Shown here: in pieces, positions 47,211 through 57,378 of the stretch
How the letters are laid out: the number at the start of each line of letters is the position of its first letter
How positions within the stretch are numbered: the first letter of the stretch is position 1
From: Terriglobia bacterium
GTDB lineage: Bacteria > Acidobacteriota > Polarisedimenticolia > Polarisedimenticolales > JAIQFR01
Assembly: GCA_963748015.1 (NCBI GenBank)
Contig: CAVVHE010000004.1
Coordinates: forward strand, 480,001-544,000
Length of the DNA stretch: 64,000 nucleotides
Direction: 5' to 3'
Notes under the pieces: generated by a model
Database searches by the model: none
What the model was told of the DNA's origin: nothing
What the model saw: only the letters and a program-made list of their open reading frames with translations
Translations under genes and position numbers: made by a program

Positions 47211-48226
47211 GATCCGCAGGCCTCCCGGATCGCGCCGGCGAGCTCCTCGCGGCTCGCGGTCGCGGTCCCGTACTTCATCACGACGAGCCCCGCCGCCAGG
47301 TTCGCGAGAAAGGCCGCCTCGTGGAAGGACGCCCCCGCGAGCAGTGCCAAGGTGAACGTGGCGATCACGGTGTCGCCCGCTCCGGTGACGTCGGCGACCT
47401 CGCCGGAGCCGAAGGCGGGGAGGTGGGCGGACGGGCGGCCGCGCTCGAAGAGGCTCATGCCCCTCGCTCCACGCGTCACGAGAACGGCGCGGTTGCCGGT
47501 CCGGCGGAGCAGCGTGGCGCCCGCCTTTTCCATGGCGCGGTCGGTCCGGATGGCGGAAAGACCGAGCGACAGCTCGACCTCTTCCTGGTTCGGAGTGCAC
47601 GCGGTCGCGCCGCGGAAACGCGCCACGCGGCCTCGCGAGTCTACCGTGGTGGGCACCTTCTTTCCCGGGGCGGCGTCGCGGACGAGCGCCGGCGTCGCGG
47701 CGCCGTAGCCGTAGTCGGCGACCAGCAGTCCTTCAGCGCGCCGGAGGACCCGCGCCAGCCGCGCGGCGATCCCGGCGGTCACCGCGTCCGGGAGGTCGCC
47801 GTGCTTCGCACCGCGATCGAGGCGGACGATCTGCTGGCGCCGCGTGTGGACGCCGCCGGCGACGACGCGGCTCTTCGACGGGGTCTCGTAACCGGACGGC
47901 ACCCCGATTCCCGACACGGGGACGCCGATTCCGCGGAAGTGAGCGATGAGCCTCGACCCCGGCTCGTCGCGCCCGACGATCCCGACCGGAACGGGCACGG
48001 CGTCCAGCGCGCGGAGGTTCGCCACCGCGTTGCCCGCGCCGCCAGGGACCGAGAGGGTCTGCCGGTGCTCGAGGATCAGCACCGGCGCCTCGCGCGAGAT
48101 GCGCGCGATGTCGCCGTGCACGAACTCGTCGGCGACCAGATCGCCGAGCACCGCGACGCGGCGCCCCGGGAAACGGCCGATCACCTCCAGGAGCCGCGCG
48201 GCGTCCACGGCGGCACGGGGGCTCAC
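47207..48226 (-). CDS. rfaE1: Heptose 7-phosphate kinase (HldA/RfaE1-like, PfkB family)
   Basis: RISREAPV, PGGAGN, DVTGAGDTV. Confidence 0.85.
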   Translation of the reverse strand: MSPRAAVDAARLLEVIGRFPGRRVAVLGDLVADEFVHGDIARISREAPVLILEHRQTLSVPGGAGNAVANLRALDAVPVPVGIVGRDEPGSRLIAHFRGIGVPVSGIGVPSGYETPSKSRVVAGGVHTRRQQIVRLDRGAKHGDLPDAVTAGIAARLARVLRRAEGLLVADYGYGAATPALVRDAAPGKKVPTTVDSRGRVARFRGATACTPNQEEVELSLGLSAIRTDRAMEKAGATLLRRTGNRAVLVTRGARGMSLFERGRPSAHLPAFGSGEVADVTGAGDTVIATFTLALLAGASFHEAAFLANLAAGLVVMKYGTATASREELAGAIREACGS

Positions 48227-48834
48227 GGCGTTTCTCCGCCGCCGGAGGCGCCCGCCTCGCGGGCGAGGATCCACAGGACGGCGTCCATGAGGTCCTCCGC
48301 GACGTGGTCGGGGCGGGTCTTCCAGCCGGCCGAGCGGTACTCGAGCTCGCCCCGGCCGTATCCGGTCAGCACGAGGACCGTCGTCGCGCCGACGCGATGC
48401 CCCGCCTCGATGTCGCGCATCGAGTCGCCCACCAGGTAGGAGCGCGCGAGGTCGATGCCGAGCTCGTCGCGGGCGCGGAGCAGCATGCCGGGGCGCGGCT
48501 TCCGGCAGTCGCAGTCGGCGCGGTAGGGCGGCGCGCCGGCGTCGGGATGATGCGGGCAGTAGTAGATCGCGTCCACCGCAGCGCCGCCCGCCGCGAGCAG
48601 CTCTCGCACCCGGTCGTGGACGCGGTGGATCAGCTCCTCGTCGAAGTAGCCTCGGGCGACCCCCGCCTGGTTGGTCACGATGGCGGTCTTGAAGCCGGCC
48701 TCGCGGGCGCGCCGGATCGCGGCGGCGCTTCGCGGGAGGAGCCGGATCCGGCTCGCGTGGTTCACGTAGCCGACCTCGTCGCAGACGGTGCCGTCGCGGT
48801 CCATCACGATGGCTCGAGCGGAGCCGGCGCTCAC
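48223..48834 (-). CDS. gmhB: D,D-heptose 1,7-bisphosphate phosphatase (HAD family)
   Basis: DRDGT, TNQAGVARG, CPHHP...CDCRKP. Confidence 0.9.
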   Translation of the reverse strand: MSAGSARAIVMDRDGTVCDEVGYVNHASRIRLLPRSAAAIRRAREAGFKTAIVTNQAGVARGYFDEELIHRVHDRVRELLAAGGAAVDAIYYCPHHPDAGAPPYRADCDCRKPRPGMLLRARDELGIDLARSYLVGDSMRDIEAGHRVGATTVLVLTGYGRGELEYRSAGWKTRPDHVAEDLMDAVLWILAREAGASGGGETP

Positions 48835-49730
48835 GAGAGGCCTCCCGGCGGAGCGGTCTTCCACCTTCGATGCATCCAGAGCCAGAGCTCGGGATGGCGG
48901 CGCACCCAAGTCTCGACGATCGCCGTGCACTCCGCGGTGAGCCGCAGCACGTCCGCGTCGTGATCGCCCGTCTGCCGCACGCTCACCTCCGGTCCGTAGA
49001 CGATCTTCCACGCTCCCCCGGAGGCGGGAACGGAAAAGACCGGCACCATCGCGGCCCCGGTCCGGAGAGCCAGCAGCGCCGGCGTCGGCGTCGTCGAGGC
49101 GGGCCGCCCCAGGAACGGCACGAAAACCCCGAGGTCGCGCGCGTCCTGGTCGATCACGATCGCGACGCCGATCCCTTTCCGGATCGCCTTCAGCATCTCC
49201 CGAACCGCGTTCCGCTTGTGGATTATGACATTTCCCGAGCCGCTCCGGAGCCCCGCGAGCATCCTCTCGAGGTACGGGTTGTCGAGGGGGCGGGCGACGA
49301 GAGCGAGAGGCATGCCGAGGTACCCCTGCATCAGCGCGACGAGCTCCCAGTGCCCGTAGTGGGCGGAGAAGAGGATGACTCCCTTCCCGCGCGCGTAGGC
49401 CGCGCGAATGTGCTCGAGCCCCTCGTAACGCACGACGGGCCCCACGGAGGCCGCCGAGAGCCTCGGGAAGGCGAGCGAATCGAGCAGGATCCGCCCGAAG
49501 TGGCGCCAGCACGCCCGGGTGATCCTCGAGGCCTCGGCCTCCGAGAGGGACGGCCCGTGGACCCTGCGGAGGTTTTCGATCGCGATGCGGCGGTGGAGGC
49601 CGTCCAGCGCGAATCCGAGCCGGCCGGCTCCCGAGCCGAGTGCCAGAAGGGCCCTCCGGGGGAGGAGGCGCGCCGCGCCGAGTATCGCGGCGAGAATCGC
49701 GGCCTCGAGGAGGAACCGGACTCGTCTCAC
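48831..49730 (-). CDS. lpxL: Lipid A late acyltransferase (LpxL/HtrB family)
   Basis: SAHYGHWE, RPLDNP, DQD, PELWLWMHRRWK. Confidence 0.88.
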   Translation of the reverse strand: MRRVRFLLEAAILAAILGAARLLPRRALLALGSGAGRLGFALDGLHRRIAIENLRRVHGPSLSEAEASRITRACWRHFGRILLDSLAFPRLSAASVGPVVRYEGLEHIRAAYARGKGVILFSAHYGHWELVALMQGYLGMPLALVARPLDNPYLERMLAGLRSGSGNVIIHKRNAVREMLKAIRKGIGVAIVIDQDARDLGVFVPFLGRPASTTPTPALLALRTGAAMVPVFSVPASGGAWKIVYGPEVSVRQTGDHDADVLRLTAECTAIVETWVRRHPELWLWMHRRWKTAPPGGLS

Positions 49731-50755
49731 GCTTCCGCCCTCAGGAGGGCACGCCGCACGAGGGCGAGCAGCGTCTCCTCGTCGTGAACCACCGCCTCGA
49801 TGCGAAGCGCGACGACGGGCGCCGCCGGGCCGGGAACGCGAACCAGGTCCTTCTCGGTGGTCACGAGAGCGGCGCCGTGCTTCCCGGCGAGCTTCGCGAG
49901 ACCCCGTAGCTCGCGGGGAACGTAAGGATGGTGGTCCGGAAACGCCCTCGCCGCCGCGACCTCGATCCCTTCCTCCTCGAGGTCCCGGAGGAACGGCGCG
50001 GGGTTCCCGATCCCGCAGAAGGCGACAACGCGCGCGGGCGCGGGGGCCGGCTCTCCCGCGGCGGTCACGAACCCGGCGCGGCGATGTCCCGAGCGCAGGA
50101 CCGCCACTCCGCGGGCGTGGCGTCCCACGACGCCGGCGATCGCCGCGACATCGTCCCCGGGCGAGCAGCGCGTCACGATCACCGCAGAGGCGCGCGCGAG
50201 CGACCCGAGGGGCTCCCGGAGCGCCCCCGCGGGCAGCAGCCGGCCGTTCCCGAACGGGTCGGTGCGGTCGAGCAGCACCAGGTCGAGATCGCGGGCGAGG
50301 CGGCGGTGCTGGAAACCGTCGTCGAGGACCACCACGTCCGCGCCCTCGGCCGCCGCGGCCTCCGAGCCGGCGACCCGGTCCGACCCGGCGACGACGAGCG
50401 CGCCGGGGAGCGAGCGGGCGAGGAGCACCGGCTCGTCGCCGCAGATCTCCGGACCCAACGGCTCCCCGTCGCCGCTCGATACGAGAACCGGGCCCTTTCC
50501 CGCGCGACCGCCGTACCCCCGTGTGACCACGGCGGGCTTCCGTCCCTCCGAGGCGAGGCGGCGGACCAGCCACGCCACCATCGGGGTCTTTCCCGTCCCG
50601 CCCGCCACGAGATTCCCGACCGAGATCACGGGAACCCGGCCCCTGATCGCGGCGCCGGCGACGTCGTAGCGGCGATTCCTCTCCCGGACGGCGGCGCCGT
50701 AGGCCCACGCGAGAGGGGCGAGGAGGATCGAGAGCGGGCCGCGCGGCGGCCTCAC
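49727..50755 (-). CDS. lpxK: Tetraacyldisaccharide 4'-kinase
   Basis: SVGNLVAGGTGKTP, LDDGFQH, FPDHH, TTEKD. Confidence 0.95.
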   Translation of the reverse strand: MRPPRGPLSILLAPLAWAYGAAVRERNRRYDVAGAAIRGRVPVISVGNLVAGGTGKTPMVAWLVRRLASEGRKPAVVTRGYGGRAGKGPVLVSSGDGEPLGPEICGDEPVLLARSLPGALVVAGSDRVAGSEAAAAEGADVVVLDDGFQHRRLARDLDLVLLDRTDPFGNGRLLPAGALREPLGSLARASAVIVTRCSPGDDVAAIAGVVGRHARGVAVLRSGHRRAGFVTAAGEPAPAPARVVAFCGIGNPAPFLRDLEEEGIEVAAARAFPDHHPYVPRELRGLAKLAGKHGAALVTTEKDLVRVPGPAAPVVALRIEAVVHDEETLLALVRRALLRAEA

Positions 50756-52014
50756 CGCCGCTCCAGGACGGACAGGACGAGGGCGACCGTCCTCTCGAGG
50801 GCTCCGCGGTTCGCTCGGACCACGCCGCCGGCGGCGGCGGCGATCCGTTCCCGCTCCCCGCGGTCGCGCACTAGGAGCTTCCATGCGTCCGCGAGGGCGG
50901 CAGGGGTCGGGACGCGGATCGCTCCGCCGGCCGCGAGCAGCGCCTCGGCGGGCTCGGTCACGTGGTGGGTGTGCGGGCCGAAGAGCACCGGGGTGCCCGC
51001 GGCCGCCGGCTCCAGGACGTTGTGTCCTCCGACCGGCACCAGGCTCCCGCCGACGAACGCCGCGGCGGCGATCGCGTAGAGAGAGGCGAGCTGGCCCATG
51101 ACGTCCACCAGGAGACCGTCCGCCCTTCCCGCCTCGGCGTCTGTCCCGGCGGACAATCGGTGGAATCCGAGATTCCGCGCCGCGAGCTCGGCCTCGACCC
51201 CGGGGATGCGCTCCGGGTGGCGCGGGGCGAGGACGAGGTAGAGCGACGGGTGCTCCTTCCTCGCGGCAGCGAAGGCGTCGAGGACGAGCGCCTCCTCTCC
51301 AGGCCCGGTCGAGCCGGCCAGAACGACCGGCCGCCCGGAAGGCACGCCGAACCGCTCGCGCAGCGCCGCCTCCGTCACCGCAGGCACGGGCAGGTCGTAC
51401 TTGACGTTCCCCGTGACGGTGAGCGCCTCGCGCCGCACGCCCAGCTCGGCGAAGCGCTCGGCCTCGCCCGGGCTCTGCGCTCCGACGCGTTCGAGCCCCG
51501 AGAGAAGGGGTCCGAAAAGGCCCCGGAGCCCACGGTAGCGGCTCATGCGCTCGGGTGCCAGGCGCGCGTTGATCACCGCGACCGGGACGCCCCGGCGGAA
51601 CGCTTCGTGGAGGAGGTTCGGCCACAGCTCCGTCTCGACGAGCACCAAGGCCCGGGGACGGACGGCGTCGAGGACGCGCGCCGGAAGCCCGGAGAAATCC
51701 AGGGGGGCGTAAAACGCCGCGTCGACCGAAGGTGGCGACGGCAACTGGCCCCGCCCGGTCCGGGTGATCGCGGAGGCAGCGAGCGGAAGGGCGGGCCGGC
51801 CCGCGCGAAGGGCCGCGGCGACCAGGGTGACGATGCGGGCCTCACCGACCGATGCGCCGTGAATCCAGACGCCGCCCGGACGCGATTCCGGCAGGCGCCG
51901 GGCGCGGCGCTCCTCCCACTCCCGCATCGCCTCGGGGCGCTGGCCCGCCGCTGCCTCGAAGAGGGGCGGAAGCGCCCTGAAGGGGAACAGGAGCAGGTTG
52001 TACGCCCAGAGCAT
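50752..52014 (-). CDS. waaA: Kdo transferase
   Basis: WIHGASVGE, ETELWPN, APRHPER, GGHNVLEP. Confidence 0.95.
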   Translation of the reverse strand: MLWAYNLLLFPFRALPPLFEAAAGQRPEAMREWEERRARRLPESRPGGVWIHGASVGEARIVTLVAAALRAGRPALPLAASAITRTGRGQLPSPPSVDAAFYAPLDFSGLPARVLDAVRPRALVLVETELWPNLLHEAFRRGVPVAVINARLAPERMSRYRGLRGLFGPLLSGLERVGAQSPGEAERFAELGVRREALTVTGNVKYDLPVPAVTEAALRERFGVPSGRPVVLAGSTGPGEEALVLDAFAAARKEHPSLYLVLAPRHPERIPGVEAELAARNLGFHRLSAGTDAEAGRADGLLVDVMGQLASLYAIAAAAFVGGSLVPVGGHNVLEPAAAGTPVLFGPHTHHVTEPAEALLAAGGAIRVPTPAALADAWKLLVRDRGERERIAAAAGGVVRANRGALERTVALVLSVLERR

Positions 52015-52044
52015 CTTCCCGGGACCTCCGGTGGCGCGGGACGG

Positions 52045-52072
52045 GTGACGGCCCGCGGGGCGCCACTATAAT
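52045..52072 (+). promoter_or_regulatory. sigma70 promoter, probably producing a leaderless desulfurase mRNA
   Basis: GTGACG-16 nt-TATAAT; in-frame GTG lies 7 nt after the -10. Confidence 0.55.
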
Positions 52073-52079
52073 GGCACGC

Positions 52080-53237
52080 GTGGGCAGGATCTATCTCGAC
52101 CATCACGCCACCACGCCGCTCCTCCCGGAAGTCCGGCAGGCGATGGAGCCCTATCTTGCCGGCCGCTTCGGCAACCCGGCGGCGGCCGAGCTGTATCCCG
52201 AGGGGCGTGAGGCCAAGGAAGCGGTCGAGGCCGCGCGCGCCACGGTGGCCGCGCTCCTCGGCGCGCGGCCGGCCGAGATCTTCCTCACCTCGGGAGCCAC
52301 CGAATCCGACAACTGGGCGCTCAAGGGCGCGGCCTGGTCGCGAAAGCCGGGGAAGGATCACCTCGTCACCTGCGCCATCGAGCACAAGGCGGTGCTCGAG
52401 CCCGCCGCGTGGCTCGCGAGAAGGGGGATCCGGGTCACGGTGCTGGGCGTGGACGGGGGAGGACGGGTCGATCCCGGTGCCGTCGCGGAGGCGATCGATC
52501 CGGGAACGTTCCTCGTGTCGATCCAGATGGCGAACAGCGAGATCGGCGTCGTTCAGCCGGTCGAGGCGATAGGCGCCGTCTGCCGGGAACGGGGCGTCAC
52601 GTTTCACGTGGACGCCGCCCAGGCGGTGGGGAAGATCCCCGTCCCGGTCGCCTCGATCGGGGCGGACCTGATGTCCCTCTCGGCTCACAAGCTCTACGGG
52701 CCGAAGGGAGCCGGCGCTCTGTACGTCCGGCGCGGCGTCCGGATCGAGCCCCTCCACCACGGCGGCGGGCAGGAGCGCGGGCAGCGCTCGGGCACCCTGA
52801 ACGTCGCGGGCGCGGTGGGGCTCGGGGCGGCCTGCGAGCTCGCTGCCCGCGACCTGGGTGCCGAGATCGCCCGGCTCACGGCCCTGCGCGACCGGCTCTG
52901 GGAGGGGATCTCGCGGAGCATCCCGTCGGTCCGCCGGAACGGCGATCCCGGCCACGCGCTGCCCCACAACCTCAACGTGACCTTCGAGGGTGTCTACGCC
53001 CAGGCCCTGGTGCAGGCGCTCCGGACCGTCTCGGTGTCCAGTGGGTCGGCCTGCTCGTCGGCGAATCCCGAGCCGTCGCACGTTCTTCGCGCGATCGGCT
53101 TGCCCGATGCCTCCGGCGATGCGTCGCTCCGCTTCGGGCTCGGCCGGGGAACCGGCGTTGAGGACATCGACGAGGTCGTCGCGGCGCTCGTCCGCGAGGT
53201 CGGGCAACTCCGCTCCCTCTCCCCGTCCTCGATCTAG
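52080..53237 (+). CDS. iscS: Cysteine desulfurase, IscS/NifS group (start 52071 or 52080)
   Basis: YLDHHATTP, TSGATES, SAHKLYGPKG, SSGSACSS. Confidence 0.92.
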   Translation: MGRIYLDHHATTPLLPEVRQAMEPYLAGRFGNPAAAELYPEGREAKEAVEAARATVAALLGARPAEIFLTSGATESDNWALKGAAWSRKPGKDHLVTCAIEHKAVLEPAAWLARRGIRVTVLGVDGGGRVDPGAVAEAIDPGTFLVSIQMANSEIGVVQPVEAIGAVCRERGVTFHVDAAQAVGKIPVPVASIGADLMSLSAHKLYGPKGAGALYVRRGVRIEPLHHGGGQERGQRSGTLNVAGAVGLGAACELAARDLGAEIARLTALRDRLWEGISRSIPSVRRNGDPGHALPHNLNVTFEGVYAQALVQALRTVSVSSGSACSSANPEPSHVLRAIGLPDASGDASLRFGLGRGTGVEDIDEVVAALVREVGQLRSLSPSSI

Positions 53238-53322
53238 CGGTTCGTCCCCAAGGTCCACCGAGGGGTCACCGGGCCGGGGCGGCCGCTCGTAAACACCTCA
53301 CCCGCGGCTATTTGGGCGTGAT

Positions 53323-53351
53323 TTGTCCCTAATTCCCCGGGAACCTATATT
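53323..53351 (+). promoter_or_regulatory. sigma70 promoter, probably producing a leaderless HD-GYP mRNA
   Basis: TTGTCC-17 nt-TATATT-6 nt-ATG; no SD sequence. Confidence 0.6.
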
Positions 53352-53357
53352 CCCGGC

Positions 53358-55178
53358 ATGGGAACGGAGCCGAGGGAGCCGCTCGTCGCGAGCGGTGAGG
53401 CGGGGAACCCGTCCGCCGGCAAGTCGCCCATCAAGCGACGGGGGCGGATTCTGTTCTCCCTCCTCGGCGTTTTCGTGATCGTCGGGTTGGTCCCGCTCGG
53501 CACGGTCGCCTGGAAACTGATCGACATCAACCGCGAGGCGCTCAAGACGTCGCAGCAGGAGTACCAGCTCCTGATGGCGTCGTCGGTGGCACGCGACCTC
53601 GACGGGCAGGTGGATGCCCTCCGCTCGCAGCTCTCGTCCGCGGCCAGGGCGGTGGGCGGGATTCTGGGACGCCCGGGCCCCGTGGACGACGAGACCCTGC
53701 GGGGAGCCCTCGGCGACATCACCGACGACAGGATGCTCTACCTCCGCTACTCCGACCTCCGCGGCGGAAGGGTGGACACGCGTTCCACCGCGACGGTTCC
53801 GCAGGACCTGGACCCCGTCTTCATCGCGGGATTGAGGAGGGCAGCCGAGTCCATGTCGGACAGCGGCGGCGGCGTGCCCGTCGCGACCATGTCCGAGCCG
53901 ATCCTCCTCGCCGGGACACCGCCCCGGGCGGCAGCGGTTCTCTCGGCGCCCGTGATCTCGGGAGGGAAGTTCCGCGGAGTGCTCTCCGTCCTAGTCGATC
54001 TCCAGGGCGTGTGGGAAGGGGTCGCGCGCGGGAACCGAAGCGGCCACACCATCTTCGCCAGTGACCGGAAGGGAAGAGTGTTCGCGAGCAGCGTCCGGAG
54101 CGGGGAAACGCCGGATCGCGGCATCGCTCAGTCCGAGATCTTCAGGAGGTTCCTGTCCTCGCGCGGCGGCGGGCGGGAGACGGTGCCGTTCACGCTGCTT
54201 CGGGACGGGAAGCCCGAGAAGTACCTCGGCTCGTACGAGGTGACGCGAGAAGGCTGGGGGATCTTCGTCCAGGCCAAGGAGCGTCAGGTCTACCTGCCGG
54301 TCATGGCCATGGTGCAGAGCACGCTCCGCTGGGCCCTCGCGGCGCTCTCGCTGGCGATCCTCGCGGCGGTGATCTTCGCCGGGACGATTTCGAACCCGAT
54401 CGACCGGCTCGCCGCAGCCACCCGGGCGTTCGCGGCGGGGGAGCTCAAGCACCGCGTGCAGGTCCACTCGCGGAACGAGATCGGCGAGCTAGCGGAAGGG
54501 TTCAACCGGATGGCGACGCAAATCGAAGACTCGATCGGCCGTCTGAAGCGCGCCGCCGAGGAGAACAACCAGCTCTTCCTCGGGACCATCCGAGCTCTCG
54601 CGGAAGCGATCGACGCCAAGGACCCCTACACGAAGGGCCATTCCGAGCGCGTCAACAAATACTCGGTCATCATCGCTCACTATTTCGGCCTCAGCCGGGA
54701 GGAGGTCCGGAACATCCACGTCGCGTCGCTCCTGCACGACGTCGGCAAGATCGGGATCGAGGACGCCATCCTCAAGAAGCCCGGCCGCCTGACCCCCGAG
54801 GAGCTGGCGATCATGAGAACGCACCCGGAGCGCGGCGCCGGCATCATGAAGCCGATCCACCAGATGGGGAAGATCATCCCCGGGCTGAGGAGCCACCACG
54901 AGCGCTGGGCCGGCGGCGGCTACCCGGACGGGCTCGCGGGCACCGACATCCCTCTGATGGCCCGGATCATCGCGGCGGCCGACACCTTCGACGCGATGAC
55001 CACCAACCGTCCCTACCAGCGCGCGCACACCTTCGAGGAGGCCGCTCGGAAGCTGAACGAGATCAAGGGGGCGGCGCTCGACGAGAAGGTGGTGGAGGCG
55101 TTCAACCGCGCCTACCGGGCCGGGGAGTTCCATCTCGAGGAGCAGACCGCTCCGGTGGTCGAGGCGGCCACGGCCTGA
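53358..55178 (+). CDS. Membrane-bound HD-GYP phosphodiesterase (TM, Cache-like periplasmic sensor, TM, HAMP, HD-GYP)
   Basis: Two hydrophobic helices; HAMP motif NEIGELAEGFNRM; KDPYTKGHS, LHDVGKIG, HHERWAGGGYP. Confidence 0.92.
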   Translation: MGTEPREPLVASGEAGNPSAGKSPIKRRGRILFSLLGVFVIVGLVPLGTVAWKLIDINREALKTSQQEYQLLMASSVARDLDGQVDALRSQLSSAARAVGGILGRPGPVDDETLRGALGDITDDRMLYLRYSDLRGGRVDTRSTATVPQDLDPVFIAGLRRAAESMSDSGGGVPVATMSEPILLAGTPPRAAAVLSAPVISGGKFRGVLSVLVDLQGVWEGVARGNRSGHTIFASDRKGRVFASSVRSGETPDRGIAQSEIFRRFLSSRGGGRETVPFTLLRDGKPEKYLGSYEVTREGWGIFVQAKERQVYLPVMAMVQSTLRWALAALSLAILAAVIFAGTISNPIDRLAAATRAFAAGELKHRVQVHSRNEIGELAEGFNRMATQIEDSIGRLKRAAEENNQLFLGTIRALAEAIDAKDPYTKGHSERVNKYSVIIAHYFGLSREEVRNIHVASLLHDVGKIGIEDAILKKPGRLTPEELAIMRTHPERGAGIMKPIHQMGKIIPGLRSHHERWAGGGYPDGLAGTDIPLMARIIAAADTFDAMTTNRPYQRAHTFEEAARKLNEIKGAALDEKVVEAFNRAYRAGEFHLEEQTAPVVEAATA

Positions 55179-55254
55179 GAACCGGCTGGGCCCGGGCCGG
55201 ATCCGGGTCGGAATCGCGGCGCCGGCTCCGCGACGGCGACGCGCCGAATCTCGC

Positions 55255-57242
55255 CTAGTCCATGATGAGCTGCTCGGGCGGCAGGTCCAGGGACTTGATG
55301 GGCCGCCCGATGGCCAGCTCGCGGAGGATCCAGTCGAGTCGATCCTGCTCGACGCCCCGGCCGCCGCTGGGGTGGCGCAGCCTCGGGACGCGCACCGCCT
55401 TGAGGGTCGGGACCGAGTCGCGCCCGGCGGAGAGGGCCAGGTAGGTCAGCACGTCGGAATCCTGGCCCACGCGCCGCTCCGCCGACTTCCGCAGCGCCTC
55501 GACCATCCGCGGGCCGCCCAGCTGTCGCGCGGCGTAGGCTGCCATGCTGCGCAACCGCGCCTTGCCGGTGACGTCGTAGGCGGGTTCGGAGAGGACCTTC
55601 TCGATCAGCGGAGCCGCGGCGAGAGACTTCCCGCGGGCGACGGCGCGCAGCACCTCGTGCTGGTCGTCCGCGCTCGCGCCAGGAAACAGCTCCATCAGCG
55701 CACCGGCCCCCTCGTCGCCTCCGGCCGCGCCGAGCCGCGCGTACGCGAGGAGGCGGATCGACCGGTCGTCCGACTTCGCCGCCGCGACCCACTTCTTCAC
55801 GTCCGCCTGGTTCTGCTCGATCAACGCGAGGCGCTTCAAGAGCCCGTCGAGATAGCGAAGAAGGGTCGGATCGGTCTGGATCTTGGTCGCGTCCCGCAGG
55901 GCGGGCAGCTGCTCGGTGTATCCAAGGCTGACCAGCGCATCGCCCATGATGTAGACGTCCGGCCAGCGCTCGGCCTCCACGAGAGGGGACGAGAGGTACT
56001 CCTTGAGCAGGCGGTTCGCGATCCGGGGCGCGGCACGCTGCTCGTTCCGGGCGACCATGTACTGGATGATCCCCTGTGCCAGCGGCCAGCGCCGGTCGGC
56101 AATGCGCGAGAGGAGGGTGTCCATCGCCCCCTCGCCGCCGATCTCGCCAAGGCCGGCAGCGGCCGTGATCGCAACCGACTCGTCGGGGTCGTTCAGCGCC
56201 ATGCGGAGCATCGGCAGTCCCTTGGGGCTTCCGATGGCCGCGACGGTGTTCAGGATCCACCGGCGGTCGATGGCGCGGTCGGGCTTGTCCAGGAGGCTCG
56301 CAGCACTTCGAGCGCGGATTCTCCCGAGATCCTCGCGAGCAGGGTGTAGAGCGCGACTCGAACGGCGCGCTCGGGCTCGGCGTCGAGGCGGGCCACGATC
56401 TCCGCGGGGTTGACCGTGGCCTTGAGGTCCGCGAGCGCTTCCGCGGCCGCGGCGCGGGGCGCCGAGTCGGCGTCCGCGAGCATCTCCATCAGCGGTGCCA
56501 CCCCGGCGGGGTCTCCGAGACGGCCGATCGCACGCGCCGCCGCCTCGCGGACTTCCGCGTTCGAGTGCTTGAGAAAGGGGAGGAGGTGGGGGAGCGCCGA
56601 AGGGTCTGCGGTCCTGCCGAGGGCGTCCAGGATGGGGACGAGCTGCGACTGCATGTCGGTCCTGGGCGAGAACCGCTTGGCCTGCGCGGCGAGCCGCGGG
56701 ATGCTGCCCGGAGCGAGAAGCGTCCCGAGCACCTCCACGGCCGTTTCCCTCTCGAACAGCTCGATGTCGCCGGCAGGGAGCTCGTCGGAATTGAGCAGGT
56801 CCACGGCGTCGGGCTGACCTGCGAGCGCGAGCCCGTAGCACGCCCACATCTTCTTCTTGCCACGCACGGGGCCCGTGGCCTTCTCCGCGCGGACGACGGA
56901 CTCGCGAAGCGCCTTCGTGGCATCTTCCGTCTTGAGGTCCCCGAGCACCGTCGTCATCAGCAGGAACAGGACGGCCTTTCCTCGTCCAATCGTCTCCGAC
57001 TGGGCGAAGGGAATGACGGCGGGGCCGAGGGCCACCAGCTTCTCCCTGGCCTGCTCGTACTCGAGCTCGCCCTTTCCGATGCCGGCGAGCACGGCCTCGA
57101 AGGCCGCCCGGGTCTTCTCCAGCTCGATCATCTCCCGCGAGGCTGCCGACGCTTCCGGGGCCGCCGGCTGCTGGGCCTCAGCACCCGGGTATGCACCGGC
57201 CAGGAGGGCGAGGAGAGCGAGTCCGCAGAGGAGTCGGCGCAT
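55255..57242 (-). CDS. Secreted HEAT/PBS-lyase-repeat protein, ~660 aa (one apparent frameshift near 56305)
   Basis: Signal peptide MRRLLCGLALLALLAG..AEA; repeats VREAAARAIGRLGD, RAAAAEALADL, AITAAAGLGEIG; two ORFs join at ~56305; GGAGG RBS. Confidence 0.78.
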
Positions 57243-57350
57243 GGGGATACCTCCAAGTCTTGGCGGCTTCCGAATATAGCCCGGGGCCTCCGGCGGCGCC
57301 ACGGAGGAGAGGCCCTCTCGGCAAGCGGATCGGCGAGCGAGAATCGCCCC

Positions 57351-57378
57351 TTGATTTTCGTCCGTCTTTCGCTATTAA
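57351..57378 (+). promoter_or_regulatory. Possible sigma70 promoter upstream of the structured element and lexA
   Basis: TTGATT followed 16 nt later by the AT-rich TATTAA(CT). Confidence 0.4.
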
